Shown piece after piece: positions 1-9,553 of a DNA stretch of 40,342 bases (within the stretch, counting starts at the first letter, position 1; every line of letters starts with the position of its first letter). The notes under the pieces are model-generated. The model was not told where the DNA came from. It searched no databases and was given only the letters and a program-made list of their open reading frames with translations. Source of the stretch: a virus; IMG/VR virus record IMGVR_UViG_3300028815_000121, one strand, 5' to 3'. Made by a program: the position numbers and the translations under genes.

Positions 1-31
1 CTTCAGCGAAGCTTATTGGTAAGGAGAAGAT

Positions 32-214
32 ATGAGATCTGATAAGTGGCCCATTGAAATAGATAATAAGAAGTACCTGGTTGATCGAACCTTTGGGGGT
101 GATCCTGTTGTTTATGGGAAAGAAGATATACATTTTGTACAGGCAGCAGTGGATACTCTAACATATACCCAGGATGATGACCTGGTTATTATTGTGGCAA
201 GAAAAGTTAAATAG
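32..214 (+). CDS. hypothetical protein (60 aa)
   Basis: ATG preceded by AAGGAGAAG SD; no recognisable motif. Confidence 0.45.
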   Translation: MRSDKWPIEIDNKKYLVDRTFGGDPVVYGKEDIHFVQAAVDTLTYTQDDDLVIIVARKVK

Positions 215-222
215 GGGGAAAC

Positions 223-552
223 ATGTTCTGGACTCGGATTGATTCAATGGCATTCAGTATTTTTCTTAGAAAGAGGCTTGTTGATGTGGATCTTGAAACT
301 AAAGATCTAAAAGATTATGATATAATAGCATTTATGAATAATTTTGAACTGATCCCATATCCAGCAAAAGATGTGGGTGGTCTTCCTATCAATGAATTTT
401 CTGATATTGCTGATAAGAGAGAGGCTTATGAAGAAGCTCTTCGTATTTGTAAACTTATTAAGGATTATGAAAAAGATCACATGAGTAATCCATCTACAAT
501 AGATGGGTTTCCACCTGAAAAGAAAGGGAAAGAGGATGCCAAAAAGGGATAA
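223..552 (+). CDS. hypothetical protein
   Basis: ATG preceded by AGGGGGAAAC SD; protein-like composition, Lys/Glu-rich C-terminus. Confidence 0.5.
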   Translation: MFWTRIDSMAFSIFLRKRLVDVDLETKDLKDYDIIAFMNNFELIPYPAKDVGGLPINEFSDIADKREAYEEALRICKLIKDYEKDHMSNPSTIDGFPPEKKGKEDAKKG

Positions 553-865
553 AGATTTACAAAAGTGTCTTGATTGGGATAATAACCTTTGTGACATCTC
601 TAATGAGCTTCATGAGATAGCTTGGGAACTTGGTCAACTCTCCGAAGCCTTTTATATTACAGGTAATTCTGAGATGGGTGTTAAAATGTTTGAGTATGGT
701 ATGGAAATACAAAAACTTGGTGAGAGAGTCCGTAAAGCTATGGGTGACAAAATTGATCATGATCTTAAGAAGAGCCAGGAAGGTTTGGCTTTCACTCTTA
801 AAGCTGTACTTAACTCTATTATTCCAAAGGAAGAAAATGATGAAAAGGAAACGAACATTTCCTAA
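536..865 (+). CDS. hypothetical protein
   Basis: Track ORF 503-865 trimmed to ATG 536 (MPKRDKDLQ...), which follows GGGAAAGAGG SD; overlaps upstream ORF end by 17 nt. Confidence 0.45.
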   Translation: MPKRDKDLQKCLDWDNNLCDISNELHEIAWELGQLSEAFYITGNSEMGVKMFEYGMEIQKLGERVRKAMGDKIDHDLKKSQEGLAFTLKAVLNSIIPKEENDEKETNIS

Positions 866-1508
866 GGTATTTAAGGTAGCTAATAGTTGGAGAGAATGTT
901 ATGTTTATATGGACAATACTCTCAAAGTACCACAATATACAAAAATGGTATTACCTGTTGAGATAAGATCTATCCTTGACATAGCAGCAGCTATACATGA
1001 ATCTTATCATTTTGCTTTAAGACACAAGACTACTCATAGATGTAATGATGTCTTTTATTTTAATAAAGGAAATTATAGATATAGTATTACAACAGCATAT
1101 AAATATTACAAAAATGAGGTAGATGCTTGGACACATACTTTAAAGTGTATTAAAAGTAAATATCATAAGATTCTCTTAGAGGTTTCTGCATCATGTCTTG
1201 TTCATTGTCCAAAGGGACAAGATTTTACGAGATTATTGAAGTATATAAGAAAAGCTTTTAAAAGAGATCTTAATTATCATGGTAATAGAATAAATTGGTT
1301 TATAAATCTTCTAACAGATATAAAGGAGTATCCACGTAAAAATCTTAAGTTGAATAGTAAGATTGATCATGAATATGGTATAGCTATTTCGGGGAGAAGG
1401 GAAGAAAAAATAAATAAAAATATATATAAGGAGTTACATGTTTATGCTCCTAAGCTCCCCCGTTTGAATTTTCCTCTTAAAATAAATGATACAAATTATC
1501 ATGTGTAA
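837..1508 (+). CDS. hypothetical protein, His/Cys-containing
   Basis: Track ORF 630-1508 trimmed to tandem ATG ATG at 837-842 (AGGAAG 5 nt upstream). The 5' part 630-836 overlaps the previous gene out of frame and translates to junk. Confidence 0.4.
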   Translation: MMKRKRTFPKVFKVANSWRECYVYMDNTLKVPQYTKMVLPVEIRSILDIAAAIHESYHFALRHKTTHRCNDVFYFNKGNYRYSITTAYKYYKNEVDAWTHTLKCIKSKYHKILLEVSASCLVHCPKGQDFTRLLKYIRKAFKRDLNYHGNRINWFINLLTDIKEYPRKNLKLNSKIDHEYGIAISGRREEKINKNIYKELHVYAPKLPRLNFPLKINDTNYHV

Positions 1509-1560
1509 TACGTTATAGTATAGAAAGGGGAAAGCTGTAGGTTTTTGAGTAAGTATAAGT

Positions 1561-3033
1561 GTGAGGGTTATGGAAGAACTATTTGTATATATTAAGTTTA
1601 TAGACTATTATAAACTGAAGATAAAAGCCGAAACAGATGTTTTGAATTACTTCAAGACAAATCTTGTAGCTACAAACAGTAAACCTTATAAGGTTAAGAA
1701 AAAGGGTAAAACTGTTTTAAAGACAAGATACACTAAAGTTCCAGTTTTTACTGAGGTCGAAGATAGTATTGTGGTTGATGCTGGTCTTATAGACTATATT
1801 GCCTCTTTCCTATCCTACCTATCTAAACGTGGTGTAAGGGTAAATCTAAATCTAAACTTACCAAAATTAGATCCTATAGTAATAAGTGACAGATGGATAA
1901 AAATCCTAAACAACCCTGATTATGAATATCAATCTTTCTGTGTAAACAATCTTGTAAGGTATTATGGTGGTATAGCTGACCTATTTACAAGTGCTGGGAA
2001 GACGGAAATGATGTTATCTATTGCAGAGTGTTGTGATATGAAATCTGTTATTCTGGTGCCTAATACAAAAGCAGGGATACCTAATATTGTAAATAGGGCT
2101 AAGAAATATGGTATAGATATTTCAAGTGTTATAGATACAAAAGCGAAGATTAATGTTATAAATCCTATAGGATTGTTAAACTCAGGAGTATCTAAGAATG
2201 AAAATATATTAAAATATCTTAATGGGATAGAAATGTGTATAACAGATGAGGGACACCATCTCTCAGCTACTTCTTATAGGCAGTTTTTTGATATGATGCC
2301 AAATGTCAAAAGAAGTTATGCATTTTCAGCTACCCCAGATGTAAGCAAAGGGATGCTTTATTCAGTAGTAGAAACAGGTATTCCACAATTATCTTTTAAT
2401 CAGACAAAAATAATGGGGTTGAGTGGATCAGTAAAGGCACGAGTAGAGTCCCCCATTGAAGCTATCTTGGTTAAAGTTTTTTGTGATACTGGATATGTTC
2501 CACCTGAAGAGTGGTCGTGGATGACTGCCCTTAATGAATTTACGAGTTCTATGGATCTGGCAAAGATGATCCAGAAACTATTGAATAATAAGTTTCCCCA
2601 GGTTAAATTCTATGTTCCCATTTTTAAGGCAGAAATGGGGATAGAATTATATAATAACTTAAACAGATTAGGAATCCCGTGTGTATTTTGGAGTTCTAAA
2701 AAGATATTACCAAAGGAGGTGAAGGTATCTAAAAAAGCAGAGTTAGATTGTATATCTGATGCTATGACTTATGGGAATTATAGAGTTTTGATCTCTACTA
2801 CTGTTTCTTTTGAGATTGTTGATATAAAAGCCCTGGGTGGTATTATTCCACTTTATGGGAGTAATTATAGAATGACAGTACAACCAATAGGCAGAGCAGC
2901 AAGAGGAAGAAAAGTTATCATTGTACTTTTCTATGATAGTAGTAATAGTCTAATCTTATCCCAGATGAAAAAGAGACGGGTAAATATAGAGAGTACCTAC
3001 AACATAGTAGATAAGATGGACATTAGAATTTGA
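1561..3033 (+). CDS. superfamily-2 DNA/RNA helicase (UvsW/DEAD-DEAH-like)
   Basis: Walker A FTSAGKTEM, motif II DEGHH, SAT-like motif FSATPD, C-terminal arginine-finger-like QPIGRAARG; GTG start after GGGGAAAG SD. Confidence 0.75.
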   Translation: MRVMEELFVYIKFIDYYKLKIKAETDVLNYFKTNLVATNSKPYKVKKKGKTVLKTRYTKVPVFTEVEDSIVVDAGLIDYIASFLSYLSKRGVRVNLNLNLPKLDPIVISDRWIKILNNPDYEYQSFCVNNLVRYYGGIADLFTSAGKTEMMLSIAECCDMKSVILVPNTKAGIPNIVNRAKKYGIDISSVIDTKAKINVINPIGLLNSGVSKNENILKYLNGIEMCITDEGHHLSATSYRQFFDMMPNVKRSYAFSATPDVSKGMLYSVVETGIPQLSFNQTKIMGLSGSVKARVESPIEAILVKVFCDTGYVPPEEWSWMTALNEFTSSMDLAKMIQKLLNNKFPQVKFYVPIFKAEMGIELYNNLNRLGIPCVFWSSKKILPKEVKVSKKAELDCISDAMTYGNYRVLISTTVSFEIVDIKALGGIIPLYGSNYRMTVQPIGRAARGRKVIIVLFYDSSNSLILSQMKKRRVNIESTYNIVDKMDIRI

Positions 3034-3043
3034 GGAGGTTAGT

Positions 3044-4303
3044 GTGAGTGAAGTTGTGTTTGCAAGTAGTTTGGCAAACCCTAAGATTAGAACTTTATTA
3101 AAACCATACATAAAGGAAATAAATTGGAAATCAAAAACAGCACAAGAATTAGTTGATTTTATGGAAGAACGAGTTGACCCTGGGCATTTACCAAAGCTGG
3201 GGGAGATAAGAAGCTACATGAGTAAAAATGGTCACTTGATGGAAGAGATCGAACAGGTATTGAAATCAGTAAAAGATTTTATAGTAATGCCTGTTGACTC
3301 CATTGATGGGTTCTTAGAAGATTTCAACAAATTTTATTGTAATAAGAGACTTAATACTGTTTTTGAACAAAGGAATGATTTAGATCCTGTGAAGATAGTG
3401 GACAGTATCAAAGAGATCCCAAAAGTTAAGGGAGAAAGTCTACCACTTGTTTCACTTGGTAACTGTGATGTACAGAAGGTTATTGAGGAAGAAATAGGTG
3501 ATATAGAGGTTATGCCCAGTAGATTTGACTTTGTTAGAAGGGCAACTCCTTGGGGAGGATATTTACGTGGTCAGTTATTAATGGTCACTGCTCCACCAGG
3601 AGTGGGGAAATCTACTTTCATTCTTAATGAAGCAATTAATTTTCTTAAGAGTGGTTATAAAGTTTATTGGATAGCTTTGGGTGATATGATGTCTTTCGAC
3701 TTCATTACCCGATCAACATCTATTATTAAAGGTTTACCATTCTCTACGGTTGCAAATAATATCAATGAGTATTTTGATGATGAAGTTAGAGAGATTACAA
3801 AAAACCTGAGGCTTACTGTATTACCTGCTGATACAGTCAGTATGGCAGAAGTTTCAGAGTTTGTCGAAACGGTAGTTTCAGTAGATGAAAATCCAGATGT
3901 AGTAATTTTAGATTATGATGCTAATTTACGGAGTCATAATCCAGACAATATGTTTATTCAAGGTCGGCAAGTTTATAATGCTATGGCTAAGATTACGAGA
4001 CCTAAGAATTTTAATTATAGGTTAGGGATTATAGCCAGTCAACCTAAGATTCAATTCTGGGGCCTCCCAGAGTTACCAAAGGAGTGTGCCAGTGAATCAA
4101 GTGGTAAACAGGCAGTTGTTGACTTTATGATAACCATAGGAAGGGATTATAGGATACGTGGTAAACATGCTGGTATAATGAGTGCTGCAAAGGTAAGACG
4201 TGGTAAAGAGGGTGTAAAATCCTATTATATATTGAATGATTATGGACATTTTCAAGAAATAGAACATTCAGAGTATTTATTGTTGAGGACTCATGAAGGA
4301 TAA
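3044..4303 (+). CDS. DnaB/gp41-family replicative helicase (RecA-like ATPase)
   Basis: Walker A VTAPPGVGKSTF at about residue 183 after a non-ATPase N-domain, Walker-B-like VVILDYD; GTG start after GAGGAGG. Confidence 0.7.
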   Translation: MSEVVFASSLANPKIRTLLKPYIKEINWKSKTAQELVDFMEERVDPGHLPKLGEIRSYMSKNGHLMEEIEQVLKSVKDFIVMPVDSIDGFLEDFNKFYCNKRLNTVFEQRNDLDPVKIVDSIKEIPKVKGESLPLVSLGNCDVQKVIEEEIGDIEVMPSRFDFVRRATPWGGYLRGQLLMVTAPPGVGKSTFILNEAINFLKSGYKVYWIALGDMMSFDFITRSTSIIKGLPFSTVANNINEYFDDEVREITKNLRLTVLPADTVSMAEVSEFVETVVSVDENPDVVILDYDANLRSHNPDNMFIQGRQVYNAMAKITRPKNFNYRLGIIASQPKIQFWGLPELPKECASESSGKQAVVDFMITIGRDYRIRGKHAGIMSAAKVRRGKEGVKSYYILNDYGHFQEIEHSEYLLLRTHEG

Positions 4304-4739
4304 AATTTTAAAAGTAGCGGTTGCTAAATTCAAGAAAATACCATCTAACAATGTATTAGTAATGCCAGGAGTACATTACAAAACGGGAAAACCTAAGGGT
4401 TATTTATATAAGAATCCAACAATACAGAAATATCAAGATAGTTTAAAGAGACAACTAAAAGTACAATTAGAAAGTTATGAATTACCAAATAAATATTATT
4501 CAGTAAGTTTGATATTCTTTTTATATAAAGGATTTGATAAAAGAGATGTGTCTAACATGTTTAAAATTGCTGAGGATGCAGTAAAAGATGTTATTCACAA
4601 AGATGATTCAAAATATATTAATATTCATGGGTATAAGAGACTAAGTATAGATAAAAATGAGTATGTTGTTTTATTAATTTCCGATGCTGTGTTGGTAGAT
4701 ATGTCCAATATTGAGGAAATGATAAATTTTAGAGGTTAG
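4293..4739 (+). CDS. rusA: RusA-like Holliday junction resolvase
   Basis: PSNN motif near N-terminus and RusA acidic core KRDVSNMFKIAEDAVKDV...DDSKYI, aligning to E. coli RusA PPSNNR...RRDLDNLQKAAFDALTKAG..DDAQVV. Confidence 0.6.
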   Translation: MKDKILKVAVAKFKKIPSNNVLVMPGVHYKTGKPKGYLYKNPTIQKYQDSLKRQLKVQLESYELPNKYYSVSLIFFLYKGFDKRDVSNMFKIAEDAVKDVIHKDDSKYINIHGYKRLSIDKNEYVVLLISDAVLVDMSNIEEMINFRG

Positions 4740-4749
4740 GAGAGAGTGT

Positions 4750-4992
4750 ATGAAAAAAGTTGTAGATAAACAGTTTATAAATAAACTCAATAGTCATGAA
4801 AAAGATACTTCTATTTTGCTTTTATTCCTTACTACCATGAAAGAAGGGGAAATTTATGTGTCACCAGTTGGTAAAATAACCAAACTTAGTGAAGACACTT
4901 TTAAAATTTCTGTAGATCAAGGAGTAATAGAGAAGGGGTTGAGTAAGTTATTCGATGAGTATAAAAACCCTCTTGAAAGACTTTTCTCTTGA
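4750..4992 (+). CDS. hypothetical protein
   Basis: GGAGAGAGTGTATG SD-start. Confidence 0.45.
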   Translation: MKKVVDKQFINKLNSHEKDTSILLLFLTTMKEGEIYVSPVGKITKLSEDTFKISVDQGVIEKGLSKLFDEYKNPLERLFS

Positions 4993-6028
4993 TAAAGAAG
5001 AAGAAATAGTAAGATTATTCCTTTTTGCCAGGGATAGAGCACAAAAATGGTTGAGGTATAATGGGCGTTATTTGTCAAAAGATCTTCCAGAAGAGTTTGC
5101 TACTGAAATTGCTCTTGAGTGTGTAGTGACTGCACCTAATAAGTGTAATGAGAATTTAGTATTAGAAAATCATATTAAAATTTTATGTGACCTCAATGCT
5201 AAGAAAATAGTAACTACCAAACTACTTTATGAGCTTAATGATCATGTTGTATCAAAACATACTATGGATATAGAAGACAAGCTTGAAGTAGAGGAGATAA
5301 TTTTAGAAGCTATAAATGGATGTAGTTTAAAATTACAAGTATCTTTATTATATTTTTTCCATTATGGTGATTTGAGACAATTAAATAGGATAGAAAAATA
5401 CTATACTCCATATGAATTTAGTATATTATGTAATAAGGTAATCAATATGTCTAAGGAATTAAGTGAATATGATTTCAAACTTGATATGTATATTCCATCT
5501 ACTCCTATAGGAAAAACAATTTTATTATCGATGTTATTGAATAAGTATCCCAGATTAACAAGTCTGTTAATACTTATGAAGGATTTCAAAAAATTTTTTC
5601 AGTTTGTAATGATTAATGAGAAGTTACAATTTGAGATCCCATCAGTGATAGATTTAACTGAGGATATTGTTGAAATCTCCAAACTGATTTCCAGGATGGA
5701 AAATGGAGAGAACAATTTAAATGATCTCGATATGTTGAAGAATTTTCTTATAGAGTCTGATGAAAATTTTAATGTGTGTGAGAGTTTTAGTGATTTTATT
5801 GTAGCAACATTTCAAGAAACTTTAGGTTTATACAGGGAAGCTTCATTAAAAGCAATTAGGCAAATAGAGACATCTGATGATATTTCAAAATTATATGAAA
5901 CTTTAAACAAACAGATAACTATAGAACATGGCTTATTAAAATCTATAAATGAAATAAATTCCCAGTATATTTCAAGTGTATTAGATAACTTCAGTGGAAG
6001 TGAAACACTAAAACATGTATCGTTTTAA
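4955..6028 (+). CDS. hypothetical protein (357 aa)
   Basis: Long ORF, overlaps upstream gene by 38 nt; no motif recognised. Confidence 0.45.
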   Translation: MSIKTLLKDFSLDKEEEIVRLFLFARDRAQKWLRYNGRYLSKDLPEEFATEIALECVVTAPNKCNENLVLENHIKILCDLNAKKIVTTKLLYELNDHVVSKHTMDIEDKLEVEEIILEAINGCSLKLQVSLLYFFHYGDLRQLNRIEKYYTPYEFSILCNKVINMSKELSEYDFKLDMYIPSTPIGKTILLSMLLNKYPRLTSLLILMKDFKKFFQFVMINEKLQFEIPSVIDLTEDIVEISKLISRMENGENNLNDLDMLKNFLIESDENFNVCESFSDFIVATFQETLGLYREASLKAIRQIETSDDISKLYETLNKQITIEHGLLKSINEINSQYISSVLDNFSGSETLKHVSF

Positions 6029-6050
6029 AACTTAAATGAGGAGAGGTTTT

Positions 6051-7151
6051 ATGAACATTCAATTTGATGTAAGTAAGATAAAAAAGACATTAGAGCAAGC
6101 AAATGATCTTGCCCAGAGTCAAAATTTTGAGGGGAGTGAATTTACCCCCGTGGCATTTTTGCCAAAAGGAACTCATGAGATCAAATTTTTCTTTGATCCC
6201 ACATCCGAAATCATTAGGTATTTCGTTATGCATAAGGTAGGAAAGTTTAGAACTTTATGCCCAAGATTTGTAAAAGGTGAATTAGTACCTGATGAATGTT
6301 TACTCGATTTCTTAGGTAGTGACAAAGGACTTGGAAAGTGGAAAGAGTTAGGTGCCCGAAAGCAGTGTATGATTTATGGTAAATTAGTAGATACTAATAA
6401 TCCTGGTGAATATTGGCAGAAGGGTAAAGTCTATGCTATCATTGGTTCACAAAGGTTGTGGAAAGCTATGACATCCCTATTAGGTATGGTGGATAAGAAT
6501 AAGGAAGCTCAAGCTTATATTCTCAATATGTTGACCCCTAATCTTAATGGGCCAGTATGTAAAGTAGATGTTATTCCTGGTTCAGGTGGTGCTATAAATA
6601 TTAGTAATTTACCTGGTAGCACTGATCCTGTTTTTACTGAGCCTCCTGAATGGTGGAAACCTTTAGGTGAAATTTATGTCTCAGGATCTTTTAATCCAGC
6701 AGATTATAAAAATACCGTAAAAGCTGGAATAGCTATGTTTAAGAAAGAGATAGTGGAAAAGGGATTTCATGAATCCAATCCTCTAATTGGTAGATTATTA
6801 GAAGAAGTTCTTGATGATGAGAAGAATCAGCCCCCAGAAGGTGGAGATCCTGGTTACAGAGGTAAAGCTGCAAATCAACCAGCACCACAACCAGCACCCA
6901 TTAATTTGAGTGTATCTTCTTCACAGGCTGATGCTACACCAGCAAAACAAGAAGTTCCTGCTCCTGCACCAGTAGCATCAACTCCAACACCTGCACCAAC
7001 ACCTCAAGTTGCTAATCCAGCAGAACAACCCTCTGCTGAAATAACTTGTGAGAAGTTTGGTCAATTTGATCCAAATCAACCAGGATGTATGGTTTGTAAA
7101 AATAATGTTGAGTGTATGAAGGTAGTTATTGATAAGGGAGGTAAGAAGTAA
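6051..7151 (+). CDS. gp32-like single-stranded DNA-binding protein
   Basis: VAFLPKGTHEIKFFFDP and Cys/His zinc site TLCP..C, resembling T4 gp32 IRFLPS..CSSTHGDYDSCPVC. Start placed at ATG 6051 (MNIQF), 7 nt after GAGGAG. Confidence 0.7.
   Translation: MNIQFDVSKIKKTLEQANDLAQSQNFEGSEFTPVAFLPKGTHEIKFFFDPTSEIIRYFVMHKVGKFRTLCPRFVKGELVPDECLLDFLGSDKGLGKWKELGARKQCMIYGKLVDTNNPGEYWQKGKVYAIIGSQRLWKAMTSLLGMVDKNKEAQAYILNMLTPNLNGPVCKVDVIPGSGGAINISNLPGSTDPVFTEPPEWWKPLGEIYVSGSFNPADYKNTVKAGIAMFKKEIVEKGFHESNPLIGRLLEEVLDDEKNQPPEGGDPGYRGKAANQPAPQPAPINLSVSSSQADATPAKQEVPAPAPVASTPTPAPTPQVANPAEQPSAEITCEKFGQFDPNQPGCMVCKNNVECMKVVIDKGGKK
6878..7030 (+). repeat. Pro/Ala/Thr low-complexity tract (PAPQPAP...PAPAPVASTPTPAPTP) inside SSB gene
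   Basis: Local GC-rich cca/gca/aca codon repeats in an AT-rich genome. Confidence 0.5.
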
Positions 7152-7153
7152 GA

Positions 7154-8011
7154 ATGGTATTAAATTTTGATGGATCATATCTTCTCCATCGATGTAGACA
7201 TACCATGAAAGAACCTGATTGGAGTAGAATGGCTGAAATGTTCTTGGAGAGGTTCATTTCAGCCTGTTTCTCCTATAAGCCCTCAAAAATTTTTGTTTTA
7301 TGGGATAAAGAGTCTTCCAGAAGAAGACTTGACTTATACCACGATTATAAAGGTAATAGAGAAGATGACCCAGAGTTTATTAAAGCTTATGATCAAGCTC
7401 GTGATATGCTCCATGTTAAGTTATCCTCTATAATGGTTAATTCAATTCTGATCCCTGGATATGAGGCAGATGATTTAGCACAATTGGTTATGTTAAAATA
7501 CCCAGAAGGGGGTATACACATCTCAGATGACAAGGATTGGTTTTTAAATATAAGTAAAACTTGGAAAGTTTATAGGGCTTTAGCACGAGAAGAGTGGGAT
7601 TATATTAGGTTATCTGAAGAATTTGATACTGATATGATTTATGAGAAATATTTATATTTTAAAGCATTAATGGGGGACAAGAACGATAATGTTCCTGGAA
7701 TTGATGGAATAGGCCCTGTTTATGCTAAAAAATATGCTGAAGTATTACTCAATAAAGAAGAACTTGATGATAGTGTTAAAGGTCAATTGGTTAGAAATGG
7801 TTATGAAATCCTCCAAAGAAATTTAAGGATCTTTGATGTAAGATGGATTTTATATGATGAAGAGGTTAAAGAAGAGTTTAATAAACAACTTATAACAACA
7901 GCTAAAAATGTAGAGTTATTTGACTGGATAAGGTTCTGTAGGACTTTTGAGTCTGAGAATTTATTAGATGCTTGGATAAAGTGGACTGTTGTTATGAAAG
8001 GTTTGGTGTAG
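7154..8011 (+). CDS. 5'-3' exonuclease / flap endonuclease (T4 RNase H-like)
   Basis: GYEADD motif (LIPGYEADDLAQ) and helix-hairpin-helix-like GDKNDNVPGIDGIGPVYA of PolI 5'-nuclease/FEN family. Confidence 0.8.
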   Translation: MVLNFDGSYLLHRCRHTMKEPDWSRMAEMFLERFISACFSYKPSKIFVLWDKESSRRRLDLYHDYKGNREDDPEFIKAYDQARDMLHVKLSSIMVNSILIPGYEADDLAQLVMLKYPEGGIHISDDKDWFLNISKTWKVYRALAREEWDYIRLSEEFDTDMIYEKYLYFKALMGDKNDNVPGIDGIGPVYAKKYAEVLLNKEELDDSVKGQLVRNGYEILQRNLRIFDVRWILYDEEVKEEFNKQLITTAKNVELFDWIRFCRTFESENLLDAWIKWTVVMKGLV

Positions 8012-8277
8012 TTGTGAGTTATTGTGTAACTGAATATATAGATAAAGAAACTGTTGGAGACCAGGAGTTTTGGGACGTTAGATTCGATACAATTGGAGAA
8101 GCTGAAATTGTAGCGGAGCATATATATAAAAACAGTCTTTATCATGGAGAACGTGACTATTATGTAATGGTAGAAGAATATGATGAAATCTCAGATGAAT
8201 TTTTTGAGATAGCTATTTTTACCTGTGATGGTTGGTATTATGATGAAGACATGGTAAACTTTTTTATGGAGTTTTAA
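7972..8277 (+). CDS. hypothetical acidic protein
   Basis: ORF with only non-ATG starts (TTG 7972, GTG 8014); start uncertain. Confidence 0.35.
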   Translation: MDKVDCCYERFGVVVSYCVTEYIDKETVGDQEFWDVRFDTIGEAEIVAEHIYKNSLYHGERDYYVMVEEYDEISDEFFEIAIFTCDGWYYDEDMVNFFMEF

Positions 8278-8278
8278 A

Positions 8279-9553
8279 ATGGATTTGGATAAAATAAGTG
8301 CGTCACAATTGATAGAAAATGACTATATGACATATGGGAGTTATGTCAATACTACCAGGGCTATTACTGGTTTAGATGGTCTTAAAACAGTACAGAGACG
8401 AATGTTATTGGCTTTAAGGGACGTTGCGTCAAATGGCTGGTCTTCCTCTGCTGCTGTAGTTGGACGGTGTATTGTTTATCATCCACACTCAGAACAGTAT
8501 GATACTTTAGTAAAATTGGTCAATAATGGTTTTGCAGTTGGTAAAGGTGGGTTTGGGGGAAGGGGATTAGAGGATATAGATCCCTCACCCATGAGATATA
8601 CTAAAGTAAAAGCCCATAAGAAGTTTAATGAGACAATCTTTAAATTGGAACCATATGTGCCCCATTTTATAGATCATGATTTGGAAGAGCCTGTTTATCT
8701 CCCAGTCCCAGTCCCTTTGGGGCTAACAACAGGATCATCAGGGATTGGTGTTGGTTTGAGAAATGAGATCCCCATTTTTGATATCAAGTCCCTTTTGAAT
8801 GCTAAAAAGAAAGATGACCCAACATTGCTTAGGGGGCCTGAAGGAACCCTTATAATAGCTGGTGATTTTGAAAGATTGTGGGAACAAGGAATTGGTTGGC
8901 TACAATATGGACTGAAATGTTATAAGCAGTGGTCTTCGATTGATGGAAAAGATGTTTCAGTAATTGAGGGATCATTACAAGCTTTTGTTCCTAAAGTATT
9001 GAAACAGTTTGGTAAGTTTGTTGAGGATGGGGCTGTTTATTATAGAGACGAGACAAGTTCTCAATTCAAAGTCGTTATAAGTAGAGTTAAGGGGATTAGA
9101 AGATTTACCGATGAGGATATTCATAAAAGATGTCAAAAGATTGCTAAGAAAACCTTTTATTATAAAATGTATGTTTCTCAGGATGGTGCTGCTAAACGTA
9201 TAGGTTTACGAAGTTGGTTAGATCAGATGTGGAGTGCTTTTGAGACTGCTGTTGATAATTATAAAAATGATAAGACTGAGCAAATAGATCACAAGATCTA
9301 TATTTATAATCTTATTCCAAAAGTAGTGCCCTACTTACAAAAATCTACAGACACAGAGACTATAGCTAAAAATCTCAAAGTAGATAAAAAAGATGTTGCT
9401 GAAGTAGAATCAAAATCCCTTAGGTTACAAAGAAATGTAGATTTGGAAGAAATAATTGATGACTTAAAAATTGAGAAGGATAGAGTTAGTAAAATAAATG
9501 CTGATTCTATGTGTAAGACCTTCTTAGAAGCTTTGAAGAGTAAGGATTCATAA
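8279..9553 (+). CDS. type II DNA topoisomerase, GyrA/ParC-like subunit (T4 gp52-like)
   Basis: GLKTVQRRMLLAL (GyrA G-L-K-P-V-H-R-R-V-L) and active-site region SPMRYTKVK with catalytic Tyr. Confidence 0.8.
   Translation: MDLDKISASQLIENDYMTYGSYVNTTRAITGLDGLKTVQRRMLLALRDVASNGWSSSAAVVGRCIVYHPHSEQYDTLVKLVNNGFAVGKGGFGGRGLEDIDPSPMRYTKVKAHKKFNETIFKLEPYVPHFIDHDLEEPVYLPVPVPLGLTTGSSGIGVGLRNEIPIFDIKSLLNAKKKDDPTLLRGPEGTLIIAGDFERLWEQGIGWLQYGLKCYKQWSSIDGKDVSVIEGSLQAFVPKVLKQFGKFVEDGAVYYRDETSSQFKVVISRVKGIRRFTDEDIHKRCQKIAKKTFYYKMYVSQDGAAKRIGLRSWLDQMWSAFETAVDNYKNDKTEQIDHKIYIYNLIPKVVPYLQKSTDTETIAKNLKVDKKDVAEVESKSLRLQRNVDLEEIIDDLKIEKDRVSKINADSMCKTFLEALKSKDS

Noticed and set aside
630-836. 5' portion of track ORF 630-1508
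   Set aside because: It overlaps gene 536-865 out of frame and translates to hydrophobic junk. A tandem ATG ATG at 837 with AGGAAG upstream gives a sensible start.
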